64,000 bases of DNA from a virus. The stretch lies in the IMG/VR virus record IMGVR_UViG_3300032373_000002, positions 32,001 to 96,000 of that record. One strand, written 5' to 3'. A model generated the notes under the pieces. It saw nothing but the letters and a program-made list of their open reading frames with translations. It was not told the DNA's origin and ran no database searches. This document shows positions 36,117 through 45,573 of this stretch, in pieces; position 1 is the stretch's first letter, and each line of letters starts with the position of its first letter. Both the position numbers and the translations under genes were made by a program.

Positions 36117-36191
36117 AGCAAAGTAGCTCAATCGGTTGAGCATTCGATTCGTACTCGAAAGGTTGTTGGTTCAATTCCAACCCTTGCGCCA
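36117..36191 (+). tRNA. tRNA-Thr(CGT) with imperfect acceptor, 5' end overlapping CCTACAAGC
   Basis: TTCGA-TTCGTAC-TCGAA, normal D and T arms, terminal CCA. Confidence 0.7.
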
Positions 36192-36230
36192 AATACAAGC
36201 TCCGCCACTCGCTTCAACGGCACCCTTTCT

Positions 36231-36369
36231 GCGGGAGTCGCCGGATGGTCCGGCACCAGCCTACCCAGCTGTTCAACGCAACTCTCAGAGGCTGACCTCG
36301 CGTACCTCGCTAAGTACGCACCTTCGGTCCTCCTACAAGCCTTCGTAGGTTCGATTCCTACCTCCCGCT
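36231..36369 (+). ncRNA. giant-variable-arm tRNA-like RNA D (ACC anticodon, U73)
   Basis: GCGGGAG/CTCCCGC, D arm identical to RNA B, CAGC-CTACCCA-GCTG, module ending CCTACAAGC. Confidence 0.78.
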
Positions 36370-36398
36370 CTTGGATCCTCGCTCTTTGCACGCAGCCT

Positions 36399-36486
36399 AC
36401 AAGCAATGCCGAACGGTTCAGGCAATCGACTGAAACTCGATCGAGGTGGGTGACCACCTTTGTAGGTTCGAATCCTACTGCTCTCG
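36399..36486 (+). tRNA. atypical tRNA with GAA (Phe) anticodon, long variable arm and only a 4-bp acceptor
   Basis: ATCGA-CTGAAAC-TCGAT, GAGGTGG-GTGA-CCACCTT, GTAGG-TTCGAAT-CCTAC. Confidence 0.6.
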
Positions 36487-36533
36487 CTACAGAGATCAAC
36501 CAGCTGCTGCCCTCGCGAAGATCCAACCCCCTA

Positions 36534-36573
36534 ACAAAGAAACCCCCGGCTGTTAGGCCGGGGGTTTCTTTGT
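36534..36573. terminator. bidirectional intrinsic terminator
   Basis: ACAAAGAAACCCCCGGC/GCCGGGGGTTTCTTTGT between convergent units. Confidence 0.85.
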
Positions 36574-36581
36574 CGGTTCGG

Positions 36582-36770
36582 TCAGTCTCGGCTGAGGACG
36601 ATGGCGGCGCGGGTCTCGTTGCCGACCTCGACGAACTCCCGAATACGGTCCAGGCTCTCCTGGCTGCCAACGATGCTCTTCTCTTCGGGGGTGAGCTGCT
36701 CGAAGTCCCAGCCGATGGCGCGGAAGCTGTACTCAAGGATGCCTGCGATGCGGTCTGTGATGGTGCTCAT
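36582..36770 (-). CDS. small hypothetical protein
   Basis: AAGGAG RBS. Confidence 0.6.
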   Translation of the reverse strand: MSTITDRIAGILEYSFRAIGWDFEQLTPEEKSIVGSQESLDRIREFVEVGNETRAAIVLSRD

Positions 36771-36898
36771 GGGGGTCCTGCTCCTTCTTTGTTGGACGCT
36801 TGAGCTTACGGAGCACCCTTCGATCGATTTCCCGACCGGTCGGATCGGTTAGCGAAACCTCGATCGACCCCCTGAGAGGCTTATAGCTGCGGGTTGGC

Positions 36899-37810
36899 AT
36901 GCGAACAGTATCTGCCGCCAGGGTTTTGCGTTCCCACAGGATCCAACGAGCTGCACAGCTCGCCCTCCAAGAACATGCCAAGACGGCACGGAGCCAAACC
37001 GCTGCCAGTAGGGAGATCACCGCCGAGGTCCTGATCGCCTTCGGGGAAGCCACCGAGGGCGAGGTGAGGGTGGCTTCCTTGGCCCGGAGACTCAAGCAGC
37101 TGAAGGACATGTTCAGCCGCTTCCCGAAGGAGTGGGAGCAGCTCAAGCGAATGCTGGGCGTCAAGGCCAAGGGAACCGTGGGGCTACTGCGGGAGCTCCC
37201 CAAGAAGATCAAGGGGTGGGTAGCCTCCGGGAAGCAGTGGCTTCAGAAAGCTGGCCGCACCCTCGTAAACAAGCTGCCAGCGCTTCAGCTCTACTTCGAC
37301 GTCGGCAAAAAGCTGCCAGACATCAACGAGTGGCTGGTGAAGTCCCTCGACTACATGCCCGGACCCCTCCAGAGTGCGGTTAGGGGCATCAGCTCCCGCG
37401 CCCAGAACCTCGCTGAGTGGCTGGACGAGCTGCTCAAGCTCAAGAAGGTCCTCCGTCCGGGAGGTGCTGTCGTGAGCGGGGGAGTGTTCGCCTACATCTG
37501 GATGAACGTCAAGAAGCTCCACTATGACATGCTGGAGACCATCCAGGGCTTCTTGGGGGGGTTCAGCTTCACCGAACTCTTAGAGGGCCTGCCAGAGCAG
37601 GCAGCCCTGTTCCTCTTGTCGAGCCTGTTCCCCGGCATCCCCGCCGAGATGGTCTGGGGCATTGCCGGAGCAGTAACGGTCGTGCTTCAGATTCTCTGGT
37701 TCATGAAGCAGGGTTACATCCTGTACAAACCCGGACGAGGACTCAAGATCGACTGGAGGGAGATCGGGGTCGAGCCCCCAGAGAGGTTGCCGGAAGCTGT
37801 CCCGGTTTAG
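36899..37810 (+). CDS. membrane protein with SAARV leader
   Basis: C-terminal hydrophobic helices; upstream CTTATAG. Confidence 0.7.
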   Translation: MRTVSAARVLRSHRIQRAAQLALQEHAKTARSQTAASREITAEVLIAFGEATEGEVRVASLARRLKQLKDMFSRFPKEWEQLKRMLGVKAKGTVGLLRELPKKIKGWVASGKQWLQKAGRTLVNKLPALQLYFDVGKKLPDINEWLVKSLDYMPGPLQSAVRGISSRAQNLAEWLDELLKLKKVLRPGGAVVSGGVFAYIWMNVKKLHYDMLETIQGFLGGFSFTELLEGLPEQAALFLLSSLFPGIPAEMVWGIAGAVTVVLQILWFMKQGYILYKPGRGLKIDWREIGVEPPERLPEAVPV

Positions 37811-38298
37811 GGCATCACCACCTGCCGGGCAACGACACCCTGGTCAACCAGGGTCGGGACTGCAACCACGTTCGCACGCGGCGGGGTGCGGTAGCAGGTC
37901 AGCGGCACAATGACACTGTAGCCGCCCATCAGTGCCCTCTGGTTGATCTGGTCCAAGACTCCCTTCAAGGCCCGCTGTTCCGGGAGGGGGATAGACCCCA
38001 GGGCATCGAATATCAAGACATCCCCCCGCTCGGAGTTGTCCCGGAACAGCTGGAAGGCTCCGTAGGGGTCATCGTCCCCCAGGTATGCCGAGAGGTTGGT
38101 CGACAAGAGGTGGGGGAGCTGATCCGGCGGGACCCCTTCGGGGAACACGGCCCGGACCCGGACGCCATGCTCGCTGAGGCGGTTGGCGTAGCCAACGAGG
38201 TGTGAGGTCTTCCCAGAGCCTGGGGGACCCCGCAAAAGCGTGACTCCCGGGGTCGGATCACCCAGGAGTCTGTAGCAAGACAGGAAGTGTGGTGGCAT
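37807..38298 (-). CDS. small P-loop NTPase-like protein
   Basis: GPPGSGKT Walker A, VLIFD Walker B. Confidence 0.6.
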   Translation of the reverse strand: MPPHFLSCYRLLGDPTPGVTLLRGPPGSGKTSHLVGYANRLSEHGVRVRAVFPEGVPPDQLPHLLSTNLSAYLGDDDPYGAFQLFRDNSERGDVLIFDALGSIPLPEQRALKGVLDQINQRALMGGYSVIVPLTCYRTPPRANVVAVPTLVDQGVVARQVVMP

Positions 38299-38332
38299 CT
38301 GGGCTCCTTTGGTTGGTTGGAGCCAAATACCG

Positions 38333-39283
38333 TCAGGCCAAGCTGCGATACAGTTCCAGCGCCTGATCCTGGTGCGAGTCAAGAAGGACCGAGAAGGCCC
38401 TGTCCTTCTTGGCGAAAGCCGACACCCCCTGAAGCTCTCCGGGCTCGAACAGGCCGATAACCGGCGCCACCTTGAGTGCGAGGTTCGGATCTTCTTGGAC
38501 CAGCGAGGCCCACACCTTGTCCCGCTTGGCGAGGGCGATCAACTTGTCCCGTTCGTCCCAAGGGATGGGACGGCCAGCCGCCTCAAACAAAGGAAGGATC
38601 AGCCGCAGGCCGCCCTTCAAGACCTTTCTCCAGTCCCTCTGAACGCCCTCCAGCCAGCCGCTGGAGTAGGAGTTACCCAGCCGCTCTTTGATGAGCCCTC
38701 GCCGGGTGGGCGTGCTGTAGCTCGCCTCGTAGCCGTCAGGCGAGGCAATCGCGTCCAGATACTCCTGGTACAGCTTCCTGACCCTGCCCGAGAGGCTGTA
38801 CTCGAATTCCTGGCCTACATCATAAGAGATGCTGCCCATGTGGGCCGGGAAGAGGTTCGGATCTTTGACGCGAGCTGTGGGGAGGAAGTGGTTGAAGAAG
38901 AACTCCTCAGAATCACCCCCGTTCTCCAAACCGTTCTGGTAGGCAGCCTCCTGGAGCTCTTTCCAGAGCGGGGCGAGCTGGACAGGTTCCGGAACCTCTT
39001 CGACCTCCGGAACCTCAAACGCAGATCCGACCGCCCCCAGGTCTTGCAGGGACCAAACTCCGGGCTTGTTGGGCATCTTGTACTCTGCCCAGACGAACTC
39101 AGCGGGGAGAGGACGCTTGCCCGCTCCGATGTCTCGCTGCATATAGACCGGCAGGCGGGTGCCCTGGAGCCAACCCAGGAAGGGGATGTAGTCCACCCGG
39201 AGCCAGGACCCATCATCGACCTTGATGATCTTTCGGTTCTTGACGCGGGCTTCTTGGAGGATCTTGGCGAGTCGCTTGTTCAT
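38333..39283 (-). CDS. hypothetical protein with MNKRLAKILQE leader
   Basis: ATG coupled to the upstream stop. Confidence 0.7.
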   Translation of the reverse strand: MNKRLAKILQEARVKNRKIIKVDDGSWLRVDYIPFLGWLQGTRLPVYMQRDIGAGKRPLPAEFVWAEYKMPNKPGVWSLQDLGAVGSAFEVPEVEEVPEPVQLAPLWKELQEAAYQNGLENGGDSEEFFFNHFLPTARVKDPNLFPAHMGSISYDVGQEFEYSLSGRVRKLYQEYLDAIASPDGYEASYSTPTRRGLIKERLGNSYSSGWLEGVQRDWRKVLKGGLRLILPLFEAAGRPIPWDERDKLIALAKRDKVWASLVQEDPNLALKVAPVIGLFEPGELQGVSAFAKKDRAFSVLLDSHQDQALELYRSLA

Positions 39284-39624
39284 CAGCCCACTCCGTCTGG
39301 AACTTCGCCCTGAGCTTCCATGAACAGGACCATCTTCTGCATGACGCGCTGGGCTCCCCTTTCGGAGATACCGTCGTTGGGACTCTCGAGGATGGCAGAA
39401 CGTCCCTGCTGCCTGGGTCGACCGTAGAGCTCCAGCTGAACGGAGTCGTTGCTGATGTAGATGCGCACGCTTCGATACTCCCGGCCCCGGTAGTTGACTC
39501 CCAGCGGAATTTCCGCTTCCATCGAGTCTTCCCAATCAGCGCTGTAGTCGTAGAAGTCGGGCATGTACGACTTCTTGCTCAAGCCCTCTTCCCTCAACAG
39601 GCGGGCGAGCTTCTTGGTATTCAT
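39283..39624 (-). CDS. protein with MNTKKLARLLREEGL leader
   Basis: GGAGG RBS; upstream CCTATGG. Confidence 0.7.
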   Translation of the reverse strand: MNTKKLARLLREEGLSKKSYMPDFYDYSADWEDSMEAEIPLGVNYRGREYRSVRIYISNDSVQLELYGRPRQQGRSAILESPNDGISERGAQRVMQKMVLFMEAQGEVPDGVG

Positions 39625-39736
39625 GCTGCCTCCGTAGACTAACAAGCGTCTCACCATAGGCTTCGGATTGATCTCCCGGTAAGCGCTCCAGCAACCCACT
39701 CGCCCCCAGAACAGGGGCCCCAGAAGAGGAACGCTG

Positions 39737-41629
39737 ATGACGAACCCCCCCGACCCCGTGAGCCAGGAGCGGCTGGAGAGCCTCGGCCCCGCCGAGCGCA
39801 CCGTTCAGGTGCTGAGCAACTTCACGGACCACCTCCGCCACAACCGTCCCGGCTTGGTGACCGACGACCCCAACGCCCCGTGGGGGAACAGCTGGCAGCA
39901 GGCAACTTGGAAGGTACAGGAAGACGGGACCAAGGCGGTCTCGACCCTCCGCAAGGTCGGCACCCGCACCCTCAAGACCACGGTCGGCACCCTGGGCGAA
40001 GACGGCAAGACCGTTCGGAACAGCCAGGGGAGCATCGCCGGCGAGTACCGCAAGCCCGGCATCTACCCGGAGGTCGCGGTCTTTCTCTACAGCCAGATCG
40101 CCGAGATCTGGAAACTCGACGCCGAGTTCAGCGCTCACCTCGCCAGCTGGGTCTTCTCCCAGGACCGGCGAGACCTCAAGACGGTCGCCGCCGCCTTCAT
40201 GCTCAGCCAGAGCTACGCAGGCCAGCCGGTCACCGAAGGGGGAGAGGTCATCTTCTACGAGGACGACTTCCGATCCGTGGGTGAAGCCATGATGCTCCTC
40301 CGCAAGAAGGGGCAGGACCTCAGCCCCAAGCAGGTTCTGCAGGTCGGGGAAGTGCTCTGCCTGCCAGGGATCCACGCGATCAACCGGGAGCTGGGGTTCA
40401 CCCGCAGCGCAAAGAACCCCAACCTCAAGCGCTGGAAGAAGGCTGTCAAGCGGTGGCTGCGCTACCGCGAGGACAACCCGCGCATGCTGGCGGGTCTGGT
40501 CAAGTCGGGCCAGTCCAACACCGTCAAGGCCCTGGCGCGGCGCTGCGGCTACAAGCCCGCAAGCGAAGAGTTCTTCCGCGTTCTCAACTGGAAGCAGAAG
40601 CAATCCGCGGACGGCCACCGGGCCATCGGCCTGGACATGGAGACCGAGGCGGCGGAGACCTGGGACGGCAAGACCGAGGCGGAGATCTGCCAGTCGATCG
40701 TCGCGGACCAGCTGGGCTGGAAGGTGATCGTCGGCAAGCTGCCGGCTTCGGTGGGGGTGACCCCGGCCATCTTCGCGGCGGCGGTCGAGTCTGGGGCCAT
40801 GAGCAACAAGGACCTGATCATCCTGACCCCGACCATCGAGGAGCTGGGGCTGATCGACAAGGAGCCGGTCGCTTCGGCCTGGAAGCGGGCGATCCAGGCG
40901 GCGGGAGACCAGCGGGCGCGGAACATCGCCCTGCGGGTTCGGTCCAAGGAGGCCAAGGGGGGCCTGGAGGAAGCCGCCGACGTCGCCACCGCCAAGGCCA
41001 TGGAAGAGGCGACCAGGAACCTGCGGGTGTGGGTCCCCATCGACATCTCTTCTTCGATGGACAGCTCCCTGGCGCAGGGCAAGGAACTGCTCAGCAAGTT
41101 CCTTGGGGGCTTCCCCCTGGAGCGGACCCACGTGAGCGTGTTCAACACCGTGGGCCGGAGGGTCACGATCCGAGCCCCTCGACGGGCAGCGGTCGTCAAC
41201 GCCCTGGGCAAGTTCCGGGCCAGCGGCGGCACCACCTACTGGTCGGGGCTGATTCCCCTGGCGGGCAACCTGCCCCAAGAGGAAGAGGATCTCCTGATCC
41301 TCTGGGTCGGCGATCAGGCTGGGGAGAGCGGGACGGACCTGGCCCGGCGCATGCGGCAGAACAACATCAACCCGGTCGCCTTCGGCTTCTTGGAGCTGCC
41401 GGGCATGCGGGGCAACACCATCGATGCCTGCGCATACTCCCTGGGCATCCCGTGCTTCCGCATCAAGCCCGAGCTCTTCGACGACCCCTATGCTGTGACG
41501 CAGGTGCTGAAGAACCTCATCGCATCAACACCGACTGCGACCACTGCCCGGATCGTGACCCCCCGCAAGACGCTGGTTCAGCAGGTCCTGGAGACTCCCC
41601 TGCTTCGGCGTCCGAACTGGGCCCAGTAG
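39737..41629 (+). CDS. helical protein with C-terminal vWA domain (TROVE/Ro60-like architecture)
   Basis: VPIDISSSM (DxSxS MIDAS), SGGT, WVGD; helical N-terminal region. Confidence 0.72.
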   Translation: MTNPPDPVSQERLESLGPAERTVQVLSNFTDHLRHNRPGLVTDDPNAPWGNSWQQATWKVQEDGTKAVSTLRKVGTRTLKTTVGTLGEDGKTVRNSQGSIAGEYRKPGIYPEVAVFLYSQIAEIWKLDAEFSAHLASWVFSQDRRDLKTVAAAFMLSQSYAGQPVTEGGEVIFYEDDFRSVGEAMMLLRKKGQDLSPKQVLQVGEVLCLPGIHAINRELGFTRSAKNPNLKRWKKAVKRWLRYREDNPRMLAGLVKSGQSNTVKALARRCGYKPASEEFFRVLNWKQKQSADGHRAIGLDMETEAAETWDGKTEAEICQSIVADQLGWKVIVGKLPASVGVTPAIFAAAVESGAMSNKDLIILTPTIEELGLIDKEPVASAWKRAIQAAGDQRARNIALRVRSKEAKGGLEEAADVATAKAMEEATRNLRVWVPIDISSSMDSSLAQGKELLSKFLGGFPLERTHVSVFNTVGRRVTIRAPRRAAVVNALGKFRASGGTTYWSGLIPLAGNLPQEEEDLLILWVGDQAGESGTDLARRMRQNNINPVAFGFLELPGMRGNTIDACAYSLGIPCFRIKPELFDDPYAVTQVLKNLIASTPTATTARIVTPRKTLVQQVLETPLLRRPNWAQ

Positions 41630-41633
41630 GCTT

Positions 41634-42033
41634 CAGATGTAGGGGCTCTCCAACAACGCTTGGTAGGCGTCGAGTTCTTCGACGGTGTTCCCGGCACCGA
41701 CCCTTCCACAGGTCGTCGAAATCCGGGAAGATCCAGCTGCGACCTTCCTCGGTGAGGATGTTCGCCGGGTCGGTCTGCGGCCTCAGACCAGGAGGGCCAT
41801 GCTCGGCCCCCCGGCCGGGCTTCTTGGATGACGGGCTTGTCGGTGCGGATCTCCCAGCCCCCGCCAGTCTTCCCCACGAAGGTGACTTTGGTCCCCCGAG
41901 TAAGGTAGGTCGTGACCTTCCCTCGGCGGTCCCCGTCGATGACCGTCTTCTTTCGGGTCTGTACGGCGGGTCCTTAAGCGGCTTTCTTGGCCGAGAGACC
42001 CTCTTCACCCAAGATTCGAGCCAACCGATTCAT
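41634..42033 (-). pseudogene. disrupted gene with MNRLARILGEEGL leader
   Basis: GGAGG RBS; TAA after codon 19; plausible coding continues with two apparent +1 shifts at G runs. Confidence 0.5.
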
Positions 42034-42089
42034 GTCCTGCCTCCGTTAGTAGGCTGCGAATTAAAATTCCACTATTGAGGAGACCCTCC

Positions 42090-43064
42090 ATGGGCTGGCA
42101 AGACCTACTGAGCCAAAATCACACCCAGACCCTCGCGTGGTTGGGGGGCAAGACCGCCCTGGACGCCAAGCGGTCCTATCGAATTCAAGGTCGACGCCCC
42201 CAGCACCGAGGGTGGCACCAGTTCCAGGTCCAAGGACGCAGGGCAACGTGGGTGTCTTCCGAGGAAGAGATCACCCCTCCCTACGAGGTGGGAGGCTTCA
42301 ACACGGTGCGAGGCTACCTCGCAGGGAACCGGCTGATCGCGGACGGTTCGGCCTACCCTCCCCAGATCCAAGCACTGTTCGGAGCACCCACTGTGTACGG
42401 GCTTCCGCCGGGGCTCGACCCGTTCACGCGGGTGCTGTGCTGGGAAGTGGTGCCCGGAGAGTCGATGCTCTACCTGGGGATTGAGTTCCCCGCAGGACCG
42501 GAACCCGAGGTCCTGATCGCCTTCGAAGACCAACTGAGCATCGACAGCATCCCTGGGGTGGACCCTGCGCTTCATGCCGCATTCAGCTTCCTCCGGGAGA
42601 TGGAGCGGGTCGAAGAAGAACAGAACCGCTTGCTCCGAGAGCGTCAGGAGGCGGAGGTGAGGGCTCTCCGGGAACAGGCCGCGCGAGAAGCCGCCGAACA
42701 AGAGCGGCTGGGCCGACTGGAAGAGATGCGCCGGAACATCGGAAGTGCGGCAGGTCGCCGGAACATGGCACAGCAAGACCTGCGGGCTGCTTGCCTGGCG
42801 GCGCTCCAAGTCAGCGGGGCCGAGCTGATCTCCGTCCGGGAGAGCTACTCCTCCGAAGAGAGCGTGGTGCGGTTCCGCTTCCTTGAGCGGAGGTTCGAGT
42901 GCGTCATCAACTCCTCCACCTTAGCGGTGACCGAGGCCGGCATCTGCCTGACGGATGAGATGACCGGCGAGCGCGGGGACACCCGGTTCACGCTGGAGAG
43001 CCTGCCTTCGGTCATCAGGGAGGCAATCGACCTGGACGTGTTGGTGGTGTTCCGCCACGTCTGA
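42090..43064 (+). CDS. putative E2-like conjugating protein
   Basis: GAGGAG RBS; C-terminal domain with AGICL resembling the E2 G.ICL catalytic Cys; near JAB, Ubl and E1 genes. Confidence 0.5.
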   Translation: MGWQDLLSQNHTQTLAWLGGKTALDAKRSYRIQGRRPQHRGWHQFQVQGRRATWVSSEEEITPPYEVGGFNTVRGYLAGNRLIADGSAYPPQIQALFGAPTVYGLPPGLDPFTRVLCWEVVPGESMLYLGIEFPAGPEPEVLIAFEDQLSIDSIPGVDPALHAAFSFLREMERVEEEQNRLLRERQEAEVRALREQAAREAAEQERLGRLEEMRRNIGSAAGRRNMAQQDLRAACLAALQVSGAELISVRESYSSEESVVRFRFLERRFECVINSSTLAVTEAGICLTDEMTGERGDTRFTLESLPSVIREAIDLDVLVVFRHV

Positions 43065-43162
43065 CCGACGATAGGCTCCTTAAAGCACCCTCAGTACCCA
43101 ATCCGCCCTCCCTATATGTAGGTAGCCGCGCACGGCTGGCTACGACATCGCAGGAGGGTGAG

Positions 43163-43417
43163 ATGGATCCGGTTCTGGTCCTGTACTCGGTGGAGCCCTA
43201 CACCTACAACGAAGGCACGGATTATGTCGTTGAGCGTAGGGTGATCTTCCAACCCGCCACCCGGAAACAGATGCCCTTGGCAGTGCTGGACCGGAACTGG
43301 GAATACCCCTCCTTCCCTTGCGAGACCACGGCGAACCGCTACGCGACCCAGCTCCAACTGGACGAAGCAGGTAAGGAGCCCGAGTTCCTCCCAGCGGAAT
43401 TTAGCTGGGCCTGCTGA
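43163..43417 (+). CDS. hypothetical protein
   Basis: GGAGG RBS. Confidence 0.55.
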   Translation: MDPVLVLYSVEPYTYNEGTDYVVERRVIFQPATRKQMPLAVLDRNWEYPSFPCETTANRYATQLQLDEAGKEPEFLPAEFSWAC

Positions 43418-43428
43418 CCGGGATTCCC

Positions 43429-43770
43429 ATGAGCAAAACGATCGCAGAAGTTCGGAGGGCTGAAGGCCCCTCTTGGTATGGCATCTTCGACGGCACGACC
43501 GATTTCTTCCAGGCCCGCATCTACCCGGAGAAGTCTCTGGCGGTGGCAGCGTGGGAAGCGCCTGAGCCCCGAACGGTACTGCACGCATGCTCCTGCGAAA
43601 ACCCCGGAGTGGAAGAGGTTACCCTCACTACCCACTACGGGAGTGGAGTGGAGATGCAGAGTAAGGCTTGCTTCGGATGTCGGGTCATCACTGGCATCCG
43701 AGACCCCTACTGGGAACCTCACCCCGGACGCAGCGGGTGGGGCTTCGTCATGTTCGGCGAGGAAGAGTAG
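43429..43770 (+). CDS. hypothetical protein
   Basis: 113-aa ORF. Confidence 0.55.
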   Translation: MSKTIAEVRRAEGPSWYGIFDGTTDFFQARIYPEKSLAVAAWEAPEPRTVLHACSCENPGVEEVTLTTHYGSGVEMQSKACFGCRVITGIRDPYWEPHPGRSGWGFVMFGEEE

Positions 43771-43863
43771 CTGGCTGAGTCCCTGATTTTGGCGGCCGTG
43801 TTCGCGGCCTTTGGGACTCTTGAGCGGCCGGTCGACACCACCTACCTACTCTGAGGAGCCATC

Positions 43864-44247
43864 ATGCTCGAAACTGCAGTCGTCTTCGACCAAGAGGGTC
43901 AGGCCCTCCACTGGCACGAGCCTCTGGACCGTTCCGGAGTCTACCTGCCGGACTCCCCCGACTTGTGGTCGGTGCTCTGGGGCCACAGGCGGGTGCTCGG
44001 GGGGGTCGCCCACACCCACCCATGGAAAGGTCGGGCGTGGCCCTCCCAAGAGGACCTGACCACCTTCCGGGCCGTGGAACAGGGCTTGGGAGTCAACCTC
44101 GTGTGGCCGGTTGTGACGTTTACGGATGTACTGTACTTGGAATGGAACCCAGGAATCAATCAGTACTGGTCCAAGATGCCACCGCGCATTCGGGTAGGCT
44201 CGAATATCCTGGAAGAACTTCGAGACCGTAGCGGGCGGATCCGGTAA
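43864..44247 (+). CDS. JAB/MPN+ (JAMM) metallopeptidase
   Basis: N-terminal E plus AHTHP......PSQED. Confidence 0.85.
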   Translation: MLETAVVFDQEGQALHWHEPLDRSGVYLPDSPDLWSVLWGHRRVLGGVAHTHPWKGRAWPSQEDLTTFRAVEQGLGVNLVWPVVTFTDVLYLEWNPGINQYWSKMPPRIRVGSNILEELRDRSGRIR

Positions 44248-44276
44248 ATTAGGAGACCCTAAGCAAGGACCGCCGC

Positions 44277-44930
44277 ATGACCACCCTGGACAGCTACCTC
44301 CGCACCGTGAGCCAACGTCCTCTGAGGCTCAGCAACGGGGAGGCGCGCAGCTACACCTACACCCTCCAGGGTGGCCGCATCTACCAACCCGCGACCGAGA
44401 ACCCAGCTACCAGCGTAGCCCTTAGCAACACCCCGACGTTGTACGAGGCGGGAGCCTCCCTGGGGCCCCCGATCAGACTGAAGCTGGGGGGCGCTACGGA
44501 ATTCTTGGAGGAAGTCCTCCAGGGGAAGAACCCCTACGACCTCCTCCTGGGGCGCATCCCAAACGAGACTGACCTGGGGACCCGAGAGTACCGCACGGAA
44601 CTGAAGATCCGGTTCCTTCTGGCGGTCGAAGGCAACACCAGTCACCCCGAACTCTACGACGCCCTCTTCTTCAAGGTAGTGGGGGAGGCTGGACTCCGGC
44701 CCGGCCCGATCCGCAAGAACGCCAAGCGTGCTCGGAGATACTTGCGGGAGTTCCTGAGCCAATCCTGCCAGAAGCTGGACCGGCGGCTGTCAGGCTCAGG
44801 ACGGGTGGTAGGGTTCCAGTACGAGGAGCCCATCGTCGAAGGCCCCCCGAACAACCCCGCCTTCAACAGGCTCGTACAGGACTTCTTTCAGGTCGAGATA
44901 CGGAACTTCGTCGACCGCATCCCGGCCTGA
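44277..44930 (+). CDS. hypothetical protein
   Basis: AAGGA RBS. Confidence 0.6.
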   Translation: MTTLDSYLRTVSQRPLRLSNGEARSYTYTLQGGRIYQPATENPATSVALSNTPTLYEAGASLGPPIRLKLGGATEFLEEVLQGKNPYDLLLGRIPNETDLGTREYRTELKIRFLLAVEGNTSHPELYDALFFKVVGEAGLRPGPIRKNAKRARRYLREFLSQSCQKLDRRLSGSGRVVGFQYEEPIVEGPPNNPAFNRLVQDFFQVEIRNFVDRIPA

Positions 44931-44940
44931 GAGGTCCGAG

Positions 44941-45267
44941 GTGAGCCCGTACTTCGCTGAATCCTTGAGCCGCATCGAGCTCTACAGGCAACACGGACTT
45001 GCAACCCCCGCCCGAATCCGAGAGCTGGAGCTCTTCGTCAGCCTCTTCGAAGATCGCTGGGACCTGACGGTCAGCAGGACTCCAGAAGGCTATCCTGCGG
45101 TGAGTTACGAGGACAGCACGGGAGCCTACGATGGCGTCGAGGCGATCTTCATTGATGATCGCTGGGTCATAGAATGGGACCTCGGGAATTGCGAAGAACG
45201 CATAGAGGTCCGCGGCTACACCTTGGCCGCTGCCATCTTCTTGACGGTCGCCCAGAGCATCTACTGA
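44941..45267 (+). CDS. hypothetical protein
   Basis: GAGG RBS. Confidence 0.55.
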   Translation: MSPYFAESLSRIELYRQHGLATPARIRELELFVSLFEDRWDLTVSRTPEGYPAVSYEDSTGAYDGVEAIFIDDRWVIEWDLGNCEERIEVRGYTLAAAIFLTVAQSIY

Positions 45268-45309
45268 CCTCCCGGTAAGAGCCCCCGTCCTACAACGAGG
45301 AGGCTCCCG

Positions 45310-45573
45310 ATGGGGCAGATCAACGACAACGAGGCATACGTCAACATCACCTGGAGCGGTCAGAACGGAGACCTGACCAGCCCGGTCCCCTATGACCTGA
45401 CGGACTCCGAGATCCGAACGCTGGCTGCCGCTTCCCTCTCCGAAGGTGCCGTGGCAGGGATGGACGCGGCGACAGCCGACTTCAGCGACTTCGTGGTGGA
45501 CCGCTTCGGCCCCGGCGAGGCGTACCCCTACAACCGGATCATGATTCGGCCGAAGACCCCGTTCGGGGCATAG
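45310..45573 (+). CDS. putative ubiquitin-like (beta-grasp) protein ending PKTPFG-A
   Basis: 87 aa, strong GGAGG RBS, beta-beta-alpha-beta-beta pattern, penultimate Gly, lies between JAB and E1. Confidence 0.6.
   Translation: MGQINDNEAYVNITWSGQNGDLTSPVPYDLTDSEIRTLAAASLSEGAVAGMDAATADFSDFVVDRFGPGEAYPYNRIMIRPKTPFGA

Noticed and set aside
35952-36486. CRISPR array (recurring CCTACAAGC)
   Set aside because: The repeat is only 9 nt, irregularly spaced and embedded in tRNA folds; no cas genes are present
39536-42078. Long alternative-frame ORFs (39536-41278 minus, 40453-42078 plus, and similar elsewhere)
   Set aside because: These are shadow ORFs of GC-rich real genes with biased composition and no motifs
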